Shown one piece after another: positions 51,013-60,110 of a stretch of DNA of 64,000 nt. How positions within the stretch are numbered: position 1 is the stretch's first letter; each line of letters begins with the position of its first letter. Where the stretch lies: positions 3,712,001 to 3,776,000 of the forward strand of contig OY970192.1 of assembly GCA_963708135.1 (NCBI GenBank), given 5' to 3'. The notes beneath the pieces are model-generated. The model searched no databases and was not told the origin of the DNA. It saw nothing but the letters and a program-made list of their open reading frames with translations. A program made the position numbers and the translations under genes. Source of the stretch: an uncultured Gemmatimonadales bacterium. GTDB taxonomy: Bacteria; Gemmatimonadota; Gemmatimonadetes; Longimicrobiales; RSA9.

Positions 51013-51499
51013 TCACGGCCGGGCGACGAACGTGTTCTGAGCGGCCAGCACCTTCCAGGCTCCGTTTCGGCGCTCCATTATGTGCTTGAGATGATTGTGC
51101 AGCACACCCTCCGCATCAGCGGGGCTACCGGGCGGGAGCTGGCGGACACCCGACAGGTCGGCATCAAAGTCCACCATCATGAAGTTGGGTCCCAGTATGC
51201 GGATGCGCCGCACCTTGCCGCTGATGTGGCTCCCCTTGAAAATTCCGGCCCAGAGATCGACGTGCTCCTGCACGATCGCCGCTCGCCCCCGACTGATCGA
51301 CTAGCTCTGCGTCGGGCCAGTAGTTCTCGCCATAGGCGGCTCCATCGGCGTGGTTGCAGGAATCCACGAAGCGGGCCACCATGGCCTCGGCCGCCTGCCC
51401 GGCCTCCTTCGGGACGGGAGGATCGCTCTGCGCAGCCGCGGCGGAAGCGCAAAGAACGCCGAGCAGCAGAGCGCTAACGAGCCTCGAAGCGCGTTGCAC
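51013..51499 (-). pseudogene. Secreted SnoaL-like (SgcJ/EcaC, DUF4440-like) protein, frameshifted
   Basis: N-half (signal peptide..FVDSCNHADG..DAELVDQSG) and C-half (GRAAIVQEH..FKGS..WKVLAAQNT) lie in different frames; the shift is at a G5 run near 51286-51290. Confidence 0.72.
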
Positions 51500-51546
51500 T
51501 CCACACCTCCTCGATTCAGCGAGTCCAGTCGGGTGGTCACCGATTT

Positions 51547-52464
51547 CTACGATTGGCGCGTGTCCTCGATCCACCGGAGCATGTTGCCGAGATCGTGAGC
51601 CCAGAAAAGCGCGAGCCCTCGGTTCTGCGCGTCCTCCAGGTTGCGGAGTTTGTAGACCCCGCTGAGCACTGCCGCGGGCACGACGTGTCGAGTGCCGAAG
51701 TCCTGCCGCCAGGCCTCGGCCTTGGCCGCCGCGTCGTTGTTCAGGCGCTTGACGGAGTTCGTGGCGCTGTTCGATACCTTGCATTCCAACGGCATTACCC
51801 GCCCACCCCACAACCCCACAATGAAATCGGCCTTGCGAGACCCTAGCAAGCTCTCGCGGCAGAACTGGCCGCGTCCGGGCGCATCGGCCAGCGTGTTCAC
51901 GGGCCGAGTCGGTGATTTCTGGAGGCGTGCTCCGAGCAACGCGGCTTCGACGCGTTCTTCCTGCTGGACCTTGCCGGCACTCCGCCGCTTGGTGCCGACG
52001 CGCCTCGTTGCCATAAGAGCAGCGGAGGCTAGCACGGCCGCGCGGCGTTCGGCTTCTGTTGCCTCGCGGGCGTCCGCAAGCCAGGGGAATCGGCGGCGAT
52101 CCAGTCCGATCAGCACCGTCTGGATAATCCGGTGCACCAGTGCGGGGTCCCGTTCCAGCCGTTTCGGATTCAAGGACGGCGCGGACGCGAGGGTCTTGAG
52201 GTCGTCCTCAGAAATCGGGGGCGCAGCGACGTACCGAACCACCTCCAATAAAGACCTGTCGGTGAGGATCGCCAGCGCCTGCTGCTCGATCGTCGTGAGG
52301 TCCACTGTCGCTTCGAGGAGATCCTCGGCCCTGCCGAGGTACTCATCAAATGCTTCCAGATAGTCTTCAAGGGGTTCCCTCATTCGCTCCGTGCGGAATT
52401 CGTCGATCGATTCCCGGCGCCACCTTTCCAGATCCTCGGAGCCGACCCGTGGCGGATCGATCAC
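51547..52464 (-). CDS. XamI-family type II restriction endonuclease
   Basis: PPISEDDLKTL, DRRRFPW, KADF...LECKVSNSATNSVKRLNNDAAAKA, AAVLSGVY, FWAHDL; GTGA overlap with the MTase stop. Confidence 0.88.
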   Translation of the reverse strand: MIDPPRVGSEDLERWRRESIDEFRTERMREPLEDYLEAFDEYLGRAEDLLEATVDLTTIEQQALAILTDRSLLEVVRYVAAPPISEDDLKTLASAPSLNPKRLERDPALVHRIIQTVLIGLDRRRFPWLADAREATEAERRAAVLASAALMATRRVGTKRRSAGKVQQEERVEAALLGARLQKSPTRPVNTLADAPGRGQFCRESLLGSRKADFIVGLWGGRVMPLECKVSNSATNSVKRLNNDAAAKAEAWRQDFGTRHVVPAAVLSGVYKLRNLEDAQNRGLALFWAHDLGNMLRWIEDTRQS

Positions 52465-54056
52465 GGGACGATTTCGCGCGCAAGGAGCTCCGGGCGGGGA
52501 ACGGGAATGCGCTCCATCTCGCGCGGCTCGAACTTCATGAGTCCCCCAGCATAGATCCTTCCCCTCGCAACCGCGCCTGCTTCCATCAGGCATTCTACAA
52601 GTCGGGCAAGAATCTCCGGCAACATCGGCTCGCGCGGATAGATCCCGTGCGCGATGTTGATGTAGCGGGCTCGGGCTTGGTTCAAGACGAAGGCGGGTGG
52701 CCTCCTCGCCATGTACGTCGCAATGATCGGCGGCGGCGGACGGAGCCCGACAGCCCACCAGGCGCGCCGGTGGCGGGCAACATAGCTGCGGTCGGCCCCA
52801 AGCGATCGGGCCCACGCGAGAAAGCGATCCACCGCAGCCCGGTATTCTCGCGGTATCTCGTCGAGTTCGACCGGGATATCGATCACCCGCCGCAGGTTTG
52901 CGGCGTCGGTGAGCGCACCGTCCAGGGCAAAGAGCTCACGCGCTTTCGTGACGGAAGGATAGAGGACGGAATCAGGAAGTCCTCGGCTCTGCGGTCCTTC
53001 GATCCAGACGCGGTTGGCCCCTGTCACTTGCCCGCGGTGAACGCGGCACAACTCTCCCAGCTCGACATACCCGGGCGCCAACGGAGGGGCCGAGCGGAGC
53101 AGGTGGGTCCACCTGGTTTCCGTTCTCAACCGCTCCCACCGCACCGCAGTCCCCGATCCGACTGGTGGGATCTGCTCGATGTGGTCGATACGCCGAAGCC
53201 GCACAGAGCGCGGCTTCGAGCCCACGCGGAACGTCGTGATCGCGGCGGTGACCGCTGCATCGGGAAACGGGCGAGCGGTCGGCTCCAAAACGGCGATGCT
53301 TTCGCCGCCAAGCGGACCGAGAAACAGTTCTCGGAGAAGCTTTCCGTAGTTCACGTCGAGCCACTCGGCGGCGGTGATGAAGCATCCGCGGTCGCCGCTC
53401 CGCGCGTGCAGCAGGGTCGCAACAAAGAAATAAACGTGGAGACCTGCGAGGCAGCTGGCGGTCAAGCCGAGCCTTTCCGCTTCTGTGGCGAACCAGGTCT
53501 TCCACTCCGCGGGGATCAGGTGATGCCGGACATAGGGTGGATTTCCAATGAAGAGCGTCCGGCCATCTATCGGATCGAGCAAGAGCCGCCGATAATCAGC
53601 GAGTCGAATCTGTGAGCGGTCGGCAAACCCGGCGGCGGCCAGGTTCGCCCGCGTCATCAGCGTCGCCACGGGATCCACATCTACCCCCACCAGCTTCGCT
53701 TCCGGGAAATGTCGCCCCGCCGACAGCAAGAACCGGCCCGAGCCGACGCCTGCATCCACGACCCGGGTGGGAGGGTCATCGCGGGCAGCCCACTCCAGCA
53801 TGGCGTCAACGATCACCCGAGGCGTGTAGACTGCTCCGAGGTGGCGGCGCTCGGCCGCCGTTCGAATCCTCGCGAAGGCATGGCCGAGAGGATCGTGTCC
53901 TTGAAGGATGCGCTGCCGCAGCTCGCTGACGCGCGCGGCCGAAAGGCGCGGCAGACCCTGCAGGAGCTCGCGTTCGGGCGCGGCCAACTCCGCTAGATGT
54001 TCAGGTGCCAGAGCGGCTGCAGACGCAAGCAGTTGCCGTTCAGTCTGAATGGCCAT
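52461..54056 (-). CDS. N6-adenine DNA methyltransferase (M.XamI/Eco57I-like)
   Basis: GAVYTP, motif I VVDAGVGSGRF, motif IV GNPPY. Confidence 0.92.
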   Translation of the reverse strand: MAIQTERQLLASAAALAPEHLAELAAPERELLQGLPRLSAARVSELRQRILQGHDPLGHAFARIRTAAERRHLGAVYTPRVIVDAMLEWAARDDPPTRVVDAGVGSGRFLLSAGRHFPEAKLVGVDVDPVATLMTRANLAAAGFADRSQIRLADYRRLLLDPIDGRTLFIGNPPYVRHHLIPAEWKTWFATEAERLGLTASCLAGLHVYFFVATLLHARSGDRGCFITAAEWLDVNYGKLLRELFLGPLGGESIAVLEPTARPFPDAAVTAAITTFRVGSKPRSVRLRRIDHIEQIPPVGSGTAVRWERLRTETRWTHLLRSAPPLAPGYVELGELCRVHRGQVTGANRVWIEGPQSRGLPDSVLYPSVTKARELFALDGALTDAANLRRVIDIPVELDEIPREYRAAVDRFLAWARSLGADRSYVARHRRAWWAVGLRPPPPIIATYMARRPPAFVLNQARARYINIAHGIYPREPMLPEILARLVECLMEAGAVARGRIYAGGLMKFEPREMERIPVPRPELLAREIVP

Positions 54057-54259
54057 GTCGGTCAGCGCAGGGGTTTGGCGGGTTGAATGCTCGTCCGCAG
54101 ATCTCCGCTACAGGGTAGCAGGAGTACACCCATCGGGGCAACGCTGCCGACTGGCTGCCGCCGGCCCGCCCCTTCTGATCCCGCTCGACCATTCGCCACT
54201 GTGCGCGGACCGCAGCGCCTCGATATCTTCTCGGCGCCGATCTGCCGAGGGGAGGCGAC

Positions 54260-55219
54260 ATGCGGATCTTCGTCACGGGCGCCACGGGCGTGATCGGCCG
54301 GCGGGCGGTGCCGCTGCTCGCGGCCGCCGGCCACGAGGTCACCGGCGTCGCGCGCAGCGCGGAGAAGGTGGCGTCGCTCGGGGCCTCGGGCGCGCGCGCC
54401 GTCGCCATCGACCTGCTCGACGGCGAGGCCGTCCGCCGGGCCGTGGACGGCCACGACGCGGTCGTCAACCTGGCCACCCACATGCCCTCGTCCAGCTTCC
54501 GGATGGCCCTGCCCTGGGAGTGGCGGGAGAACGATCGGCTGCGGCGGGACGCCTCGGCCATCCTGGGCGATGCCGCGCTCGAGGCGGGCGCCGGCCGCTT
54601 CGTGCAGGAGTCGTTCGCCCCGGTGTACCCTGACTCCGGGGAGGGCTGGGTGGACGAGAGCGTGCCGATCCGGCCCTCACGCTACAATGCGACGGTGGCG
54701 GACGCCGAGCGCTCTGCGGCGCGCTTCAGCGAGGCCGGCGGCGCGGGCGTCGTGCTGCGCTTCTCCTTCTTCTACGGTCCGGACTCCGCGCTCGTGCGCG
54801 ACCTCGTGAAGCTGGCGCGGAAGGGGTGGGCCGGGATCCCCGGCCGGGCCGAGGCGTTCACCTCCTCGGTGAGCCACGACGACGCGGCGGCCGCGGTGCT
54901 CGCCGCGCTCAATGTGCCGGCCGGCGCCTACAACGTCACAGACGACGAGCCGCTCCGGCGCCAGGAGTACTTCGGCGCGCTCGCCGCCGCGCTCGGCGTG
55001 CGCCCGCTCCGCCTGCTGCCGTCGTGGATGAACCGGCTCATGGGCGTGACGGGCGAGATGCTGGACCGGTCGTTGCGGATCTCGAACCGCAAGCTGCGCG
55101 AGGCGTCCGGCTGGGCGCCGAAGTACCCGAGCATGCGCGAGGGGTGGGCAGCAACGGTGGCGGAGCTCGCGATCGAGCCCCGAACGGCCGGCGGGGTGAG
55201 GGACGAGCGCAGCGCCTGA
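54260..55219 (+). CDS. NAD-dependent epimerase/dehydratase family (extended/atypical SDR)
   Basis: IFVTGATGVIG, VVNLAT, LRFSFFYGP, YNVTDDEP. Confidence 0.92.
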   Translation: MRIFVTGATGVIGRRAVPLLAAAGHEVTGVARSAEKVASLGASGARAVAIDLLDGEAVRRAVDGHDAVVNLATHMPSSSFRMALPWEWRENDRLRRDASAILGDAALEAGAGRFVQESFAPVYPDSGEGWVDESVPIRPSRYNATVADAERSAARFSEAGGAGVVLRFSFFYGPDSALVRDLVKLARKGWAGIPGRAEAFTSSVSHDDAAAAVLAALNVPAGAYNVTDDEPLRRQEYFGALAAALGVRPLRLLPSWMNRLMGVTGEMLDRSLRISNRKLREASGWAPKYPSMREGWAATVAELAIEPRTAGGVRDERSA

Positions 55220-55227
55220 ATCCGGAT

Positions 55228-55803
55228 CTATCTCCCGCCGGGCGCCCTGGCGTAGATCTCCCCGAGACGCAGGCTGCACCCGACCGACTCGAGCTCGACC
55301 TCGTCCTCGAGATCGCGAAACTCGGTCAGGAGCCACTCTCGTTCGCCCTGCCGCCGGTAGCGCTCCACGCGCAGCGCGTCCTGCGCGATGAGCAGATACT
55401 CGCCGAGTGACACCAGGCGACGATACTGCTCCGCCTTCCGGCCCCGGTCATACGCTTCCGTGGACGCCGAGAGCACCTCGACGAGGAGCGCGGGATCGAC
55501 CAGGGTGTCCAGGTGCCGATCCTCGAAGTGGGGTTCCCCGCAGACGACGGCCACATCGGGGTACGTATAAAGTCCCGTCGAGCTCACCTTGACGCGCATG
55601 TCGCCGCCGAAGATCTCGCACGGGCGATGCCCCAGCTCCCGGTAGAGGGCGCCGATCAGAGCGATCACGATCCTGTTGTGGTCGCGGCTCGCTCCCGCCA
55701 GCGCGAACACCTCGCCCGCGTAGTACTCGCTCTTCGTCTCCGCCCGCCTCTCCGCCGCGAGATATTCCTCGGGCGTGACGCGCGGCCTCGGCTGGGTGGA
55801 CAT
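55228..55803 (-). CDS. Uma2 (DUF820) family PD-(D/E)XK endonuclease
   Basis: TPEEYL..ER...KSEYYAGEV, YPDVAVVC, VEVLSAST..YDRG.K, EYLLIAQD. Confidence 0.93.
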   Translation of the reverse strand: MSTQPRPRVTPEEYLAAERRAETKSEYYAGEVFALAGASRDHNRIVIALIGALYRELGHRPCEIFGGDMRVKVSSTGLYTYPDVAVVCGEPHFEDRHLDTLVDPALLVEVLSASTEAYDRGRKAEQYRRLVSLGEYLLIAQDALRVERYRRQGEREWLLTEFRDLEDEVELESVGCSLRLGEIYARAPGGR

Positions 55804-55991
55804 CGGGCCGTTCCCGCTGGAATCCGTCGGCATGCTGGGCGCTCGGGTCCGAGGATGCATGGTCGGCCGGGGCGAAGGAATGGCCGGGCGGGTCGCTCCC
55901 GTAAGATACCCGCCGGTGCGGCCACGGAACAACGGCGGATCAGAGGCGGGGCCCGCGCCCGCCTCGTCTGATAGCGGCGGCGCCGGCCGGG

Positions 55992-56978
55992 CTAGACCCC
56001 CGACGTTTCGATGCCGCGCGCGATCTCCTCGAGGTCCGCGTCGCTCAGCTCGAGCGTGGCCGCGTCGATCCAGCCGTCCACCTGCTCGGGCGAGCGGGCG
56101 CCGACGATCGCGCCGGTCACGCCCGGCCAGGCCAGCGTCCACGCCACCGCCACCGCGCCGGTGGTGGTGCCGTGGCGGTCCGCGACGGGGAGCAGCATGT
56201 CGCGCAGCGCGAGGCTCTTGTCGATGGCGGGCGGCTGGAACCGGGGCGAGCGCCTGCGCCAGTCGTCGGCGGCGAGCTGCGCCAGCCGCTCGAGGGTCCA
56301 CCTCTCCGTCAGCAACCCGGACTGCATCGGGCTGTAGACGATGACGCCCGTCCCGTGCGCGGCCGCCCACGCGATGACGGTGCCGGAGGCCTCGCGGCGC
56401 AGAAGCGAGAACGGCGGCTGGAGCGAGTCCACGTGGCGCACCGCCTCGCAGCGCTCGAGGAGCGGCAGGTCGAAGTTCGAGACGCCGATCCAGCGCACCT
56501 TCCCCTCGTCGACCAGCCGCGCCATCTCGCCCCACGAGTCCTCCACCGGCACGCCGCTATCGTCCGGCCAGTGGAACTGGTAGAGGTCGATGCGGTCCAC
56601 GCCGAGCCGGCGCAGCGACGCGTCGCACTCGCGCCGGATCGAGACCGGGTCCAGGACCTGCCGCGCCGGCGCCATGCGGTCCGCCTCGTCCCAGACCATC
56701 CCGCACTTCGTGAAGACCAGCGGGCGGGAGGACGCGGGCAGCTCACGCAGGAACCGGCCGATCACCTCCTCCGAGTGGCCCAGCCCGTACACCGCGGCGG
56801 TGTCGATCCAGGACACACCCGCCTCCACCGCGTGCCGCATGGCGGCAAGCGACGCCGCGTCATCCTGCGGACCCCAGCCCGCGGCCCAGCCGCCTCCGCC
56901 GATCGCCCAGGAGCCGAAGCCGACCCGCGTGATCTCCGGACCCGCCCGCCCCAGCCGGCGCGTGGGTAGCTGCGCCAT
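55992..56978 (-). CDS. Aldo/keto reductase
   Basis: GFGSWAIGG, DTAAVYG.GHSE, TKCG, IDLYQFHWPD, IGVSNF, YSPMQSG. Confidence 0.95.
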   Translation of the reverse strand: MAQLPTRRLGRAGPEITRVGFGSWAIGGGGWAAGWGPQDDAASLAAMRHAVEAGVSWIDTAAVYGLGHSEEVIGRFLRELPASSRPLVFTKCGMVWDEADRMAPARQVLDPVSIRRECDASLRRLGVDRIDLYQFHWPDDSGVPVEDSWGEMARLVDEGKVRWIGVSNFDLPLLERCEAVRHVDSLQPPFSLLRREASGTVIAWAAAHGTGVIVYSPMQSGLLTERWTLERLAQLAADDWRRRSPRFQPPAIDKSLALRDMLLPVADRHGTTTGAVAVAWTLAWPGVTGAIVGARSPEQVDGWIDAATLELSDADLEEIARGIETSGV

Positions 56979-57020
56979 CGTGTCGCTCCTTCCGTCTCGA
57001 GTCGTCCGGCCTCGCCGCCA

Positions 57021-57049
57021 TTGACCTTGAGGCCGGAATCCTGTATTAT
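57021..57049 (+). promoter_or_regulatory. Sigma70 promoter of the csp gene
   Basis: TTGACC, 17 bp spacer, TATTAT. Confidence 0.7.
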
Positions 57050-57094
57050 AGTTGCTGCGAGAGAAGACGGGATCAGCGATTCCGTGCCCAGTGC

Positions 57095-57131
57095 GAGGAC
57101 CTGGAGCTTGCTTCCGGGTCCTCTTCTTTTT
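57095..57131 (+). terminator. Intrinsic-terminator-like hairpin inside the csp leader
   Basis: GAGGACCTGGAG-CTTGC-TTCCGGGTCCTC (12-bp stem, two G-U pairs) followed by TTCTTTTT. Confidence 0.6.
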
Positions 57132-57250
57132 GCGCTGGCCTGCTCGCAAACGCCCGGTGCGGGGGGTGATCATGCCCGCAGAGACCGACGGTCGGTGAGT
57201 ACGGAGATACCGCACCACGACAGTCAGGACAACACACAGGGGAGTACGGT

Positions 57251-57460
57251 ATGCGTACCACCGGAACCGTGAAGTGGTTCAACGACGCCAAGGGCTTCGG
57301 ATTCATCACGCCGGAGAACGGGCAGAAGGACTGCTTCGTCCACCACTCCGCCATCCAGGGCAGCGGCTTCAAGTCGCTGGCCGAGGGCGATCACGTCGAG
57401 TTCGACGTCGTGCAGGGTCAGAAGGGCCCCGCGGCCGAGAACGTCGTCCGCGTCAGCTGA
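57251..57460 (+). CDS. Cold-shock protein (CspA family)
   Basis: GTVKWFN, RNP1 KGFGFI, RNP2 [22 protein letters not shown]. Confidence 0.97.
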   Translation: MRTTGTVKWFNDAKGFGFITPENGQKDCFVHHSAIQGSGFKSLAEGDHVEFDVVQGQKGPAAENVVRVS

Positions 57461-57546
57461 ACCGACCGACGGACCCGTTCCGGTGACGCCGGGACGGGAC
57501 GCGCCGACGGCGTACCCATGCGTGGGCTGACGCTATCGGGGTGGAC

Positions 57547-57577
57547 AGAGCGGGGCCGGGATTCCCGGCCCCGCTCT
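57547..57577. terminator. Hairpin between convergent csp and tetR
   Basis: AGAGCGGGGCCGGG-ATT-CCCGGCCCCGCTCT: perfect 14-bp stem. Confidence 0.65.
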
Positions 57578-57602
57578 CGTGCATCCGGGAGCGAAGCCGG
57601 CG

Positions 57603-58211
57603 CTAAGGCACCGGCGCGAGACTCCCGAACAGCCCCTGCACCGCGCCGAGGTACTCCTCCATCGCGAAATGATCCGGATCGACGGAGGCCTGTACCGCGC
57701 ACTCGTGGATCAGCCCGACCGTGACCGCCGCGAGCCCCTCGGCCGTCACGTGCGCGAACGCCGCTGGCTCCGCCGCGAGCACCGCCTCCGCCGTGGCCCC
57801 GAACCCTGCCCGATAGCGTGCCAGCCGCGCACCGACCTTCCGGCGCATCGCCGGATCACGCGCCCCCAGCGCCCAGCACTCCAGCAGCAGCCGGATCCGG
57901 TCCGGCTCGGCCGCCAGCCGCTCCATCTCCCGCCGCATCAGCAGCCGCAGCCGCTCCAGTGGCCGTGCCCGCGCGGCGATCTCCGCCGGAATCTCCAGCA
58001 CCAGCGTCGCCGACAGCACCGACTCCAGCAGCGCCTCGACGAGCTGTGCCCGCCGCTTGAAGTGAAACAGCACCAGCCCGTGGCTGACCTTCGCCTCCGT
58101 CGCCACCGCTCGCACCGTCAGGCCCGCGATCCCCGCCTGCCTCGCCACCCGCCGGGCGGCCGCCAGGATCTGCTCGCGCCGCTCCTCCTCACCCGCCTTG
58201 CGCCCCGGCAT
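57603..58211 (-). CDS. TetR-family regulator (BetI-like C-terminal domain)
   Basis: RREQILAAA..G..GLTVRAVA.EA.VSHGLVLFHF HTH. Confidence 0.92.
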   Translation of the reverse strand: MPGRKAGEEERREQILAAARRVARQAGIAGLTVRAVATEAKVSHGLVLFHFKRRAQLVEALLESVLSATLVLEIPAEIAARARPLERLRLLMRREMERLAAEPDRIRLLLECWALGARDPAMRRKVGARLARYRAGFGATAEAVLAAEPAAFAHVTAEGLAAVTVGLIHECAVQASVDPDHFAMEEYLGAVQGLFGSLAPVP

Positions 58212-58234
58212 CCGCCTGCCTCCGCGCGTCTCGG

Positions 58235-58284
58235 TATTGACCAAACGTTCAATAAAAGTTAGGTTTAGGCTTCCGATCGGTCAA
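58235..58284 (-). promoter_or_regulatory. tetR promoter and palindromic operator
   Basis: Minus strand TTGACC-17-TAACTT (58284-58256); TATTGA-N8-TCAATA palindrome at 58235-58254 over the predicted start site. Confidence 0.65.
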
Positions 58285-58463
58285 CCACGATACGCCGACA
58301 CGCGGGGATGGAGAGCCCCGTGAGGCGCCGCTCCCCGGGTACGGGACGGCAGCCTGGATCGGCCCGCGAGGGAACGGTTCCCGCGCGGCACGAGCGCGGC
58401 TTCGCCGGTGGGGGGCAGCTCCCCCGCGGACCCGGAGTCGTCCTGAACTGAGGGAGACAACCC

Positions 58464-58871
58464 ATGGCATCCAGCGAGAATTCCGCCCGGTTGCGCCACC
58501 TTGCGCGCGCGTTCCGAGCCATCGCGTCGAGCACGCCGGACATGAAGGTGGACGGCCCGGCGCGGCGTGCGGTTCGCTCGGCGCCGGCTAGGCCGCGCCC
58601 GGTGTTCCGGGTGCGACTCCGGAGCGCGACGGGGGGTGCCCGGGCCCGGATGTACGTGCATTCGGGAGGGGCGCTGCTGGAGGCCCGTTCGGGCGCGAGC
58701 CCGGAGGGCGAGGAGCGGAAGGCGGCGAGCGACCGGCTGGGGATCGACCTGGGCCGCGACTACTCGCTGGACAGCACGACGTTCCACGACGCGGGCGAGA
58801 TGGCGGCCGTGCTGCTGAAGCGGATGGAGCGGCAGCTCGAGGCGGTCAGCGAGCCCGGCGCATCGGCATGA
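58464..58871 (+). CDS. Hypothetical protein
   Basis: GGGAG RBS; ATGA overlap with the next ORF; no family recognised. Confidence 0.6.
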   Translation: MASSENSARLRHLARAFRAIASSTPDMKVDGPARRAVRSAPARPRPVFRVRLRSATGGARARMYVHSGGALLEARSGASPEGEERKAASDRLGIDLGRDYSLDSTTFHDAGEMAAVLLKRMERQLEAVSEPGASA

Positions 58872-59227
58872 GCTCCGACGGGCAGGTCGGGGAGAGTGCG
58901 GCCGAGGTCCCCGACGTGACGATGGACGACCTCGCCTCGCCCCCCGCCCAGCGCCTCTACGCGTTCCGCGGGCACCCGGCCGTGGCCGTTCCGGAAGCAC
59001 TGAAGATCGACAGGATGGCGCACCCCGACTGGCAGACGGGAGCGGAGCGCATTCCGACGGTGGGGGAGGAAGTCTTCTGCACCGAGGGGACGGCGAGCGT
59101 TTCCCGCGTGCTCGGGAAGACGGGCAATGGAAGCCGCCTTCTCGAGCTCCGGCTGGAGGGGACCGAGCACCGGACCTTCTTCGCGGCCGCCTCGAACGTG
59201 CTGGTGGCGCCGCAGCCGCAAGCCTGA
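58868..59227 (+). CDS. Hypothetical protein (possible SH3/KOW-like beta C-terminus)
   Basis: Translationally coupled ORF; PTVGEEVFCTEGTASVSRVLG...LLELRL...FFAAASNV. Confidence 0.65.
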   Translation: MSSDGQVGESAAEVPDVTMDDLASPPAQRLYAFRGHPAVAVPEALKIDRMAHPDWQTGAERIPTVGEEVFCTEGTASVSRVLGKTGNGSRLLELRLEGTEHRTFFAAASNVLVAPQPQA

Positions 59228-59273
59228 GCCGGGCCGCCCACCGGCCGGGTAGTGGGGGAGTGGGCGCCAGCCT

Positions 59274-59792
59274 TCACTCCTCCGCCCAGCGGCGGTAGTC
59301 CCCCGCGAAGTAGAGCAGAGGCGACGCCTCGCTTCCGATCTCCACCCGTTCCACCTCGGCCACCACCAGCCGATGGTCCCCGGCCGGGTGGGTCTGGCGC
59401 GCGACGCACACCAGCGCCGCCGCGGCGCCCCGCAGCACGGGGTCGCCCTCCGAGAACTCGCCTCCGCCCACGGCGTAGGTGTCCGCGAAGGCGTTCGCCG
59501 CCCGCTTCTGCCCTCCGGCGAGCACGTTCACCACGAAGCGGCCGCGGTCCGCGATCGCCGCCAGGATCGGGGCCTGCTCGCCGAGCGAGACGCCGACCAG
59601 CGGCGGATCGAGGCAGAACGGCACGAACGCGGTCACCGTGATCCCGTACAGCCGCCCGGACTCGTCGCGCGCGGCCACCACGGCCACCCCGGTCGGCCAG
59701 CGCGAGAGCGCCTCGCGCAGCACGGCGGTCGCGGAATCGTCGGCGCCGTCGGCGCCGGAATGGATGCCGGGCAGGATCGGGCGTCGGGACAC
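59274..59792 (-). CDS. Flavin reductase family protein
   Basis: LSRWPTGVAVV, GITVTAF..LDPPLV, FVVNVL, AGDHRLVVAEV, PLLYFAG.Y; GGAGG RBS before GTG 59792. Confidence 0.88.
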   Translation of the reverse strand: MSRRPILPGIHSGADGADDSATAVLREALSRWPTGVAVVAARDESGRLYGITVTAFVPFCLDPPLVGVSLGEQAPILAAIADRGRFVVNVLAGGQKRAANAFADTYAVGGGEFSEGDPVLRGAAAALVCVARQTHPAGDHRLVVAEVERVEIGSEASPLLYFAGDYRRWAEE

Positions 59793-60110
59793 GGGGCGCC
59801 TCCGGAAGTTCGGGATCCCGGTAACTTCGCCGGCGCGGCGTCGCCTGCAAGCCCTCTGGTCCGGGGCGCGCGCCCGCTGCCCGGACCAGCGGGCGCGTTG
59901 TCGGGGCGAGCAGGTCCGGAATCCCCGGAAAGGGGTGAAAACCCGGCCGCGAGGCACGAACTGCTTGCGCGGACGGCCGTGCCCGGACATGGTGGGGCGT
60001 TCCAGTCAACATCTTCGGATCCGTTGTGCGGTGCACTCGCGTTTCTGCGCCCGAAGCTCCGGGCGTCGCGGGCGGCCATCCGGCCGCCACTCTCTTCCCC
60101 TGGAGGCGAC

